DNA of 64,000 nt from Hydrolagus colliei (taxonomy: Eukaryota). Position numbers and translations under genes: made by a program. This document shows positions 13,672 to 22,992 of the stretch, one piece after another (position 1 is the first letter of the stretch; each line of letters opens with the position of its first letter). The notes below the pieces were generated by a model. The model saw nothing but the letters and a program-made list of their open reading frames with translations, searched no databases and was not told the origin of the DNA. Location of the stretch: NCBI GenBank assembly GCA_035084275.1, contig CM068766.1, forward strand, positions 620,001 to 684,000. The letters are read 5' to 3'.

Positions 13672-16600
13672 TTAACCGAGAAGACAAGTGAGAAACGTGG
13701 TCAGAATAATGGACGGGATTAAGGTGACGTGGTAACGCTGGAGTTTAGTGGCTGTGCTCATTGCCAACAGATCATTGTACTTCTCCCTATAAGAAATTAA
13801 AACCATTTGTGTGAAACAAAATTCTACCATAAAAGCGAAACCGCGAGAGATTGCTGTTAATATAACTGTTTTTTTGTCCAAAACAAACTTGCTTTCCTAT
13901 CAAAAAAAAGTCAAAGTGCTTCAAACTGCTTTACAGAATGATATTGGCTGTTGAAGATGTACGACATAAACTCCCAACACGAGCTATGTGGAGCTCCTGT
14001 AGCTCAGTGGTTAGAGCACTCGCCTTACAGGCGTGACCTGTGTTCGAATCCAGGCAGATCAGGGTAAAATCTTCCCTTACTCCACACGCCTAATAACCAT
14101 CGCAAAAAAACACAATTAAAAAATGGTGCATTTCAATCCGTGACTGTGGGACGCTGCTGTATGCGATTGGCTGTCACGTTTCGCCCACAAATATATAGAC
14201 AGTTCACTTTACAGTATAATCTGTTAAGCGCTTTGAGACGTTGAGAAGATGTGAAAAGCGCGACATCAAATGCAAGGATTGTTATTGCATTATATATACA
14301 AATGATGATATATTTGCATTTGATGTAGCTATAGTGCCTTATCGTGTCTTCGAATAGTCTCAGAATGTTTCCCAGATTATACTGTAAAGTGAATTGACTG
14401 TGTATTTTGTGGGTGGAACTCAGCTGTCAATTGCGCACAACAGTGTCCCCACAAACGGTCGTGGTCTACACAGAGGTGATGTATCCCCTCCTCTTCACTT
14501 ACACTTCTTTCTGAAACTTCTGCTTTATCTCCTTCATGTTGTTGTCAGATCCCAAGAGGTTTTCGTTGCACTTTTGAAGTTTCTGCATTGATTTCTGGGC
14601 TGCGCCTGAACATAAAACAAACAATGCTTTGATCTATTTGATATACATTTCATAGCCATATATTCCCCACCACACCGCCACCTCCCCCACCCCCCACATT
14701 CAGCAGGTAAATATTTTCTTCCAGTTGTCAGATACATATGGGATGGAGGTTGGAGAGAGAAGGGAATATAAAATGTATTGGTGTTACTCTTTGGAAAATA
14801 GACTATGTATTTCCAAATCCAGGTCTTGAACCCTCAACCTTTTGACTCTTGTGCAATTGTGCAACCACTGATACATCTGCTAACAATGCATCACTATCTC
14901 CAACCAGCCAACAATAGTAATTATAATAATAATCCTTGCATTTAATATAGCGCTTTTCACATCTTATCGACTTTAGAGTATACTGTAAAGTGAATTGACT
15001 GCATATTTGTGGGCAAAACGCGGCAGCCAATTGCACACAGCAACGTCCCCCACAAACAGCCGTGGATTGAAATGCCCAATTTTACTATTCTGCTTTTTTT
15101 TGGAGGGATTATTATTAGACATGTGTGTGGAGTAAGGAAACTTGAACAATGGTGGATATCTAACACTGAACTCCGCACACTAACCTTGCTGAATGGTTTG
15201 AGCATTCTTCAGCTCAGAGTTCGTGTGTGTGAGCTGGGTCATGGTTTTCCTCAGAGCGGTGACATTGTCCTTCAGAACAGTCTGAAAATCATAGGTAAAT
15301 GTAGGTCGTTTGTGTTCTGGAAACACCACTTACCCAAGATGAGGAATCCCTCGTTGATATTGAATAATAATAATAATCATAATCCTTGCATTTGATATGG
15401 CGCTTTTCACGTCTTCTAGACATTTTTGCATTGCGAGGGAAATTCTGGGATTTTCCAGGCTCTGCGCTCTCTCAAGTCAACAGATTGCTATCTCCACACT
15501 TCAATCAATCCAAACTTATATTTATAGAGCGCCTTTCACGTCGAGAGGCTGTACAGTTGGGTAGGGGGACAGAGATTACCACAGAGATTCTACTGCTCTA
15601 CTCACCGAGTCCACCTCGCAAGTCATCAGCAATGAATGTGACTCACTCAATTCGTTCTTGGAAGCGAAACTGCGAGAAACAGCAATTCATATTACCGTAT
15701 TATTCTTTTATAAAAAGCTTCTTAGTGATTCTATACAAGCATTCCAAACCGCTTTACACATTGTATTGGCGTTTAAGGTTGACAAACTTCCCTTCAAGTG
15801 TGGACGCATGGCACAAACTCACAGCGCGAGTTATCCAAGTAATCATCTTTGCATTTGGTACAGTGCCCTATTATGTCTTTGAGACATCTCAAATTGCTTC
15901 ACAGTTTATACTGTAAAGTGAATTGGGTGTATATTTTGTGGGAGGAACTCAGTAGTCAATTGCGCACAAGAGCGTCCCCACAAACAGTCGTGGTCTACAC
16001 AGAGGTGATGCATCTCCTCCTCTTCACTTACACTTCTTTCTGAAACTTCTCCTTTGCCTCCTTCATCTTGTTGTCAGATCCCAAGAGATTTTCTTTGCAT
16101 TTTTGAATCTCTTCGTTCAGTTCAGTTATTAATTTCTCGGCTGCGTCGGAACAAAAACCAAATAACGCGTTGATATATTTGATACACATTTGATAGCCCA
16201 ATATCTTCACCCTCCCCACCCCTCTCCTCCACCACTCATTCAGCAGGTAAATCATTTCTTCCAGTTGTCAGATACATATGTGTTGGGGGGTGGGAGAGAG
16301 AAGGGAATATAAAATGTACAGTATTGGTGTTGTTCTTTGGAAAATAGACTACCGGTATGTATTTCCAAATCCAGGTCTTGAACCCTCAACCTTTTGACTC
16401 TTGTGCAATTGTGCAACCACTGATACATCTGCTAACAATGCGTCACTATCTCCACCCAGCCAACAATAGTAATTATAATAATAATCCTTGCATTCAATAT
16501 AGCGCTTTTCGCATCTTCTCGACGTCTCAAAGCGCTTCAGAGTGTACTGTAAAGTGAATTGACTGTATATTTGTGGGCAAATCGCGGCAGCCAATTGCAC

Positions 16601-19392
16601 ACAGCAGCGTCCCCCACAAACAGCCGTGGATTGAAATGACCAATTTTACTATTCTGTTTTTTTTTGAGGAATTATTATTAGACGTGTGTGTGGAGTAAGG
16701 AAACTTGCACAATGGTGGATATCTAACACTGAACTCCGCACACTAACCTTGCTGAATGGTTTGAGCATTCTTCAGCTCAGAGTTCGTGTGTGTGAGCTGG
16801 GTCACGGTTTTCCTCAGAGCGGTGACATTGTCCTTCAGAACAGTCTGAAAATCATAGGTAAATGTAGGTCGTTTGTGTTCTGGAAACACCACTTACCCAA
16901 GATGAGGAATCCCTCGTTGATATTGAATAATAATAATCATAATCCTTGCATTTGATATGGCGCTTTTCACGTCTTCTAGACATTTTTGCATTGCGAGGGA
17001 AATTCTGGGATTTTCCAGGCTCTGCGCTCTCTCAAGTCAACAGATTGCTATCTCCACACTTCAATCAATCCAAACTTATATTTATAGAGCGCCTTTCACG
17101 TCGAGAGGCTGTACAGTTGGGTAGGGGGACAGAGATTACCACAGAGATTCTACTGCTCTACTCACCGAGTCCGCCTGGCAAGTCATCAGCAATGAATGTG
17201 ATTTCTTGGCTGCGTCTGAACAAAAAACAAATAATGTGTTGATATATTTGATACACGTTTGATAGCCCAATATCTTCCCCCTCCTCCCCCTCCCTGTGTA
17301 TATATACACACTTGGCAGCCAATTGCGCAAGCAGTGTCCCCACAAACAGTCGTGGGTTGAAAATGAACAATTTTTATTATCGTGTTGTTTTGGGGGAACG
17401 GATTATTATTAGGCGTGTGTGTGTGGAGTAAGGAAACTTGCCCAAGATTTCACTCTGAGAGACCTGGATTCGAACACAGGTCTCACATTGGTACGGCGAG
17501 TGCTCTAACCACTGAGCTAAAGACCTTACTCTTTGCCTCCGCCTTTGGTCACCTTTCTCCCCCTGCCCCTGGTTCGGTCCCAGGATCCGCTACTGTGAAG
17601 CGCTCTGAGACACTGTCCATCTATATAAATCAAACTTCTTGTTGTTGAGCTACAGGAGCTCCAATGCTAAATATATGGGTGAAACACGGCATCCAATTAC
17701 AGCAGCAATAACCCACACAGTCAGTCACAGGTGAGGGATATTCCAACGCATTAACCAACCCAACAGACCTGTGTCAAAAGATTCGCGTTTATTCACTGAG
17801 AGCTGATTCCTGCAGAGACAAGGAGCTAAACACAGCACACTAACCTTGCTGAGTGTTTAGATCATTCTTCAGCTTGGCGTTCATGTCTGTGAGCTGGGTC
17901 ACGGTTTTCTCCAGAGTGCTGACATCGTGTTTCAAGATGGCCTGAAAGTCACAGGTAAATGTGTGGGGAGTTTTCACTCGAGCAATATTTTATTTGCTGA
18001 TTTTTAAACAATAATAATAATGTTTGCATTTGATGCAGCGTATTATCACTTAGTCGAGACGTCTCAAACCGCTTCACAGAATGTACTGTAAAGTCTGCCG
18101 ACTACTTTTCCGTGGGGATACGCGGGAACTAATTGCGCACAGTAGTATCACCCAAACAGTCGTGGATTGAGTTCAGTTTAACTATATTTCTCTGCCTCAG
18201 TCTCCCTCCATTTGACATAGTGCCTTATCACACTATTCGCAAATGTTTAAACAAGCAAGCAGCCAAATCAATTAGAACAATTAGTGTTAGGACACATCGT
18301 TCTGTACCACACGACAGCGTCTAACAAGTGGTCGGCATGCATTGAAATGACTCATTGTGTTACACTTTTTCATGTTAAAATGAACGGGTGCACAAATGCC
18401 CAGAAATGAACCTTTGCTAATCGGAAGTCGTTCTAGTGGGACGTTAGCTTGGGATCGCCATTTTATCAGCTTGATTCTTGCCCAGCAAACCAACTGATCC
18501 ACAATTGCAATACAGAAACCCAAGGCTTCACTGAACATACATGACGGAACAACTACTGACTACTTGTAAAAGCACAATAATAATAATCCTTGCATTTGAT
18601 ATAGCGCTTTTCACATCTTATCGACGTCTGAAAGCGCTTCACAGAATATACTGTACAATTAATTGACTGTATATTTCTGGGCGAATCGCGGCAGTGAATT
18701 GCGCACAGCAGCGTCGCACAAACAGTCGTGGGTAGAGCGATTTTATTATTGTGTTTTTTTGGGGATGGATTATTATTAGCCGTGTGGAGTCAGGAAACTT
18801 GCCCAAGGTTTTGCCCTGATCTGCCTGGATTCGAACACAGATCTCCCCAGCTTGGTCTCCCCAACTTGCAAGACAAGCGCTCTAACCACTGAGCCACAGG
18901 AGCTCCACACAATAAGCACAATACGCAAGTGCTTTACAGCAGATTTACTACAACGACAATAGCTTGTTAATAATTATGATGATAATAATAATAATAATCC
19001 TTGCAATTGATACAGCCAGCGCCTTACTACGTCTTCTATGGCAAGGAAAGGGTGAGGGGGTGACCATAGATGTGGTCAAAGCTGTAGTTGGTTTGCGTGG
19101 GATTTAGACAGATAGAGAGCGGTTGAGATGGAGGGGAAGAGGGAAGGAGGTGAAGCCTCGGCTGTTGTGAATCCATCAGCCTAGTCAGGGGACGAGCAGA
19201 TGTGTAGGGGACAGGGATAACCACAGAGATATTTACTGCAGTACCCACCTGGTTTTCCTGGCAGGTCTTCTCTGACTGTAACTCTTTGTCACACTGAGGT
19301 AGAACTGCCGCCAAAATTATTAGAGTGATCACCAGAATCACAGTGGACACGATCCATCCGCAACGTTCACGACAGAAGTTATTCTTGCCCAT
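13672..19392 (-). CDS. BST2: Tetherin/BST2-like gene A, long form with internally triplicated coiled coil. Predicted exons: 19392-19249, 17941-17845, 17215-17166, 16844-16748, 16146(or 16140)-16032, 15669-15606, 15281-15185, 14605-14503, 13786-13672; ~291-293 aa.
   Basis: MGKNNFCRERCGWIVSTVILVITLIILAAVLPQCDKELQSEKTCQENQ|AILKHDVSTLEKTVTQLTDMNAKLKNDLNTQQ|DAAKKSHSLLMTCQADS|TVLKDNVTALRKTVTQL...|...KFQKE|VEKYNDLLAMSTATKLQRYHVTLIPSIILTTFLTCLLG*. Type II TM + heptad coiled coil + Cys + N-x-T sequons + GPI-signal-like tail. All junctions are in frame; one acceptor is non-canonical (see findings). The family call rests on topology, interferon-type promoter elements and adjacency to CILP2, not on recognisable sequence identity. 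Confidence 0.8.
13988..14290 (+). mobile_element. SINE copy in the last intron of gene A; positionally equivalent copy at 23295-23620 in gene B
   Basis: Full head-to-tail copy with shared flanks in A and B. Confidence 0.87.
14640..17200. repeat. Internal tandem duplication within gene A, period ~1.56 kb (e.g. 14640-15640 vs 16180-17200)
   Basis: Near-identical blocks including SINEs, the 97-bp exon and the exon-1-like donor. Confidence 0.92.
18575..18908 (-). mobile_element. SINE copy in intron 1 of gene A; equivalent internally deleted copy at 25145-25374 in gene B
   Basis: Full-length reverse copy carrying a small TCTCCCCAGCTTGG duplication in the head. Confidence 0.87.
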
Positions 19393-19483
19393 TAATATAG
19401 AGTTAAAAGACACCCGAGTTCTGCTCTACCCGTCTCTCCGGCAGCAATCTCCACACTGACTGAGCTGATCTCACTGCCTTATC

Positions 19484-19544
19484 CTTTAAGGTCTGTGCAA
19501 TCCGGGAAACCCCCCCATTTGTCCTTTTGAATCATTTCCAGGAA
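19484..19544 (-). promoter_or_regulatory. Proximal promoter of gene A: TATA-like TTAAAG, C/EBP-like ATTGCACAG, NF-kB GGGGTTTCCC (19504-19513), GAS TTCCAGGAA (19536-19544)
   Basis: Consensus matches ~90-150 bp upstream of the ATG. The same order is conserved in all three paralogs. Confidence 0.7.
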
Positions 19545-20660
19545 ATCAGATGCTTTTCAAAGCCTTCAAGGGTGTTGGCAAAACATCTCAAGGCTGCAAA
19601 GTCTCTGTTTGGTTTAATTAGGTTCAACCTGAACACGAGGCTCGGCTGATCAGGATTTCTACCTCAACTTATTGGTAAATTAATAATAATTGTGCAATCC
19701 TGTAACGCAGGAGAGACTTGGGTTTGATTCCAGGTCAGGGCGAAACCTTGGGCAAGTTTCTTTACACCACACGGCTGATAATCATCCCTCAAAAAATAAT
19801 AATTTTTTGTTATCAGCGGTCGCTAGTCGGATCATGAATCAGTTAGATTATTGACCAAGACATCTTGTTGAAAAAGCGATTTGAAGTTGGGGTAGTGGAG
19901 TTGAAGTTGGGATAGTCCTTTCAATACAACTTTAAACTGAAGACTCGCCTGCACAGTCTGGTTATCTCTGGTTAACAATCCCATTTGGAGGAAGAGCTAG
20001 CTAGCTAACTAACTAACTAGCTGACCAACCAACTAACTTAAGTAATATTTGTACTTGATACAGCGCCTGATCATGTCTTTGAGACATCTCAAAGCAGTTC
20101 ATAGGATACACTGTAAAGTGAATTGACTTGTATTTTGTGGGTGAAAATCAGCAGCCAATTGCACACGACAATGGCTCGCAAAGAGTCGTAGAACGACTTT
20201 TGTTTCAAAAAACAGAAAGGAATCCACCATTTTTTTTTCAAACAACGGAAAGGAATCCATCAATTGAATAACACGTTGGATTCCTATTTAGTGCTGGGTA
20301 AACGGAGGCATGCGGAGTACGGAAACATAATGGTTGGCTCCGTCCGGGAATTGAATCCGGGCCACTCTCGCTTGCTGTGCGAGTCTTCCAACCACGACAC
20401 GAGAGACTCGGTTGTTATTAATAATTAATTGGTTATTAGTGGTGAAGCGTTATGAGGAAAGGAGTCCCACCACATGCAAACAATGCATATTTACTGTTGA
20501 TAAGCGTTGCCCAAATAACACTCTGGCGAACGTTGAGGTGAAATCTGGTGAAATTCTGGTGAAATTTTGGTTAAAAAGAAACGCCTTTGCATTGCGAGAT
20601 CCGGTGTGAGAAACTTCAAAACCAAGTTGACAGATTTGGGGGCTGAAATGGATATTTCTA

Positions 20661-20700
20661 ACTTTCAGTTTCCAGTTCAGTTTCTCGAGTTCTGTTTCAC
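20661..20700. promoter_or_regulatory. ISRE/IRF site cluster upstream of gene A (ACTTTCAGTTTCC, then AGTTCAGTTTC)
   Basis: Matches the TTTC-NN-TTTC ISRE consensus; homologous blocks lie upstream of B and C. Confidence 0.65.
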
Positions 20701-22992
20701 TAAAAACAAACTAACTTCCTGGCTCGTTTCCCAGGGCTGTGATTAAAGGCACACTGCTCACTGACTTTATAAGGTAAAGTTCTTCATTCCCTTATGTCGG
20801 TACCGTGTAGTGACTGTGTGTTTTGTAGGCGGATGTGGCAACTGATTTGCCCCCGCTCAATGCCCTGCAAACAGTCACAAAGTGAATGACCGTTGTTATC
20901 TGAAGGACTGTTGGCCAGGACACAGGGAGATTGAAACTCGTTGCTCTTTTTGATCAATGCCAAGGTTATAGTGGTTTGGCTTCCAATATGAAAGGTGCTA
21001 GACAAAGGTAATTGTTGTTTGCTCTGGCCAGTATAATCCCATTGTGCCATCCTTCCCAAGTGTTATCTGAGCGTCTGATAATATTACCAGTAACCCAAGA
21101 CAGATCCAAGTCTCCTTCCCACAGCCTTTTTGCCTTGTCCCCCTCCCTCATCTCCTTCAAGGCATGATTCAAGCCCCCTCCTCTTCGACTGTGCCTTTGG
21201 TCACCTTCCTATACTCCCATCCCTCCACCCATCCTGATCTCAACCCACAGCTCGAGCCGCCCGAATCCTTGGGACCTCCACCCAATGTGATGGTAATTTC
21301 TTGTTCTTAAAACTGAGGCCCAATGTCAAACTCAAGCAGAGAGACAAGCAAGCCATCCCCAGAGGCTCTCTCACATTCTACTGGTGAGTCAGGTTGGGCT
21401 GTGCTGTCATCAGCACCACACAGGGCTGGCTTGATTCCGACATTCCTATGAAGTGTAATGACTGTATTTCTTAATTGAATCTTGGGAGTGAGTGACTGAG
21501 GGAATGAATAATCGACCGACTGACCGACCGAGAAATTAGCTTACTCTTCCTGTATGCTGTTTTAAATGAGGTTACTCTTTTGATCTCTCTCGGTTTACCT
21601 CCCCACCCCTCCACACTCCCCCGCCCCCAACCCACACATAATATGGTGTGAAATCTTTTACCGAATCTCACACTCAGCGAGAGCTCAATTCAATTAAGTT
21701 CCATCGGTTTACACGAATGAGTAAAGCAGTATTTTTTTTATTTGCCGGCAATTCAAGACCAACATCTCAAAGTGCTTTACAAAATAAGAGATCAAATAGA
21801 AACGTAGGGACAATTGTTTCAGCAAAACATGGCAGCTGATTTACATCAGTACAACAACGAACAGTAACAAAATTACATTTGCATCGCGCCTTTCACGTCA
21901 GGAGGACGTCCCATGGCGCTGCTTCAGACTCGAGCTGAGGCCATGGGTGGGAAAGGGAAGGGGGGGGATAAGGAGTTGCCGATGGGTCCATGGAAGAGGA
22001 GAGTCTTGAGGTGAGATCTGGAGGAGGCCAGGGAGGGGGCGAGGCCGGCGAGGGGAGGGATTTTGGGATGGAGTTCCAGAGGTTGGAGGCAGAGTGGCTG
22101 AAGGCTCGCCCACCAATGGTTGGGCGGGTGGGTTGGGGGGATGTGGAGCGGGCCAGAGTCTACTGAACAGAGTGGGCGGGCAGGTTGGTAAGGGGATAGG
22201 AGGTCACGGATGTTGGGTGGGGAGACAAGCACATTTGTTTTCATCTGCAGTATTTGTTTTTTTGAAAACACTTCTTGGATTCTGCAAAAGGCTTTCATGT
22301 AAGCAGGCTTTCTTATTCCCTGCTGTTTTTCTAAGCGTTAACTAGTTGGTGAACAGGCGAGTGAGAGACTTTGAAACTAGTTGAGCACTAGTTAGAACCT
22401 GTGTAACCTATTGTTACACGGGTTGTATCAACCATTCAGAGGTGAGGCCTCAGCTCCTAACAGTCGATTGGTATTGCTGTGGGTAGAGGAACGGATACTT
22501 CCTTAAAAAAAACACTTGCCCTCCAACCCCGCAAAACGCTGCTCTTTCCCTTGTTGCTTTCTTTCTCTCTCTCACGCTCTCGCTCCTCATTGCAACTCCG
22601 AGTTTGTCGAAAAGTTGCCGTAATGCTTATCGTTTGCTATGCGCGACTTATCATATCAAACGTGGTCGTGGAAAGTGTTTCACTTGAGTTTAAAGGAACG
22701 TCTGGAGTCACTAATGGTCTCCAGTCACACGGTGAGCACGGAAACTGAGAGCGAACTGCAAAAGGGGGGGTTGGTTGTCGATGCCGTTGAAGTCTTTTCC
22801 AGCTTGTTCTCCCACAAGCCGCATAATGACATCAGTCGCACTTCTGTTTGTCTTTCGTGGCAGGAGGGACGTCACAAAGCGTTGCTTCTTTGACCCTACG
22901 GGGAGAAAGCGATACATTCCAGAGCGAACCGTTCCAACAGCGGCTGAAATTTATTGGTAAAAGATCCGAGTTGTAAATCGCCGAACTCACCT

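Noticed and set aside
19036-19248. ORF-track extension of gene A exon 1 (VGTAVNISVV...), likewise 25502-25738 and 30433-30582
   Set aside because: Read-through into intron 1 past a conserved GT donor into repeat-derived sequence.
20330-20410. tRNA-like sequence on the - strand (GGATTCAATTCCCGG)
   Set aside because: The A box is degenerate and no convincing cloverleaf forms; it is best read as a SINE head. The same applies to the other A/B-box hits.
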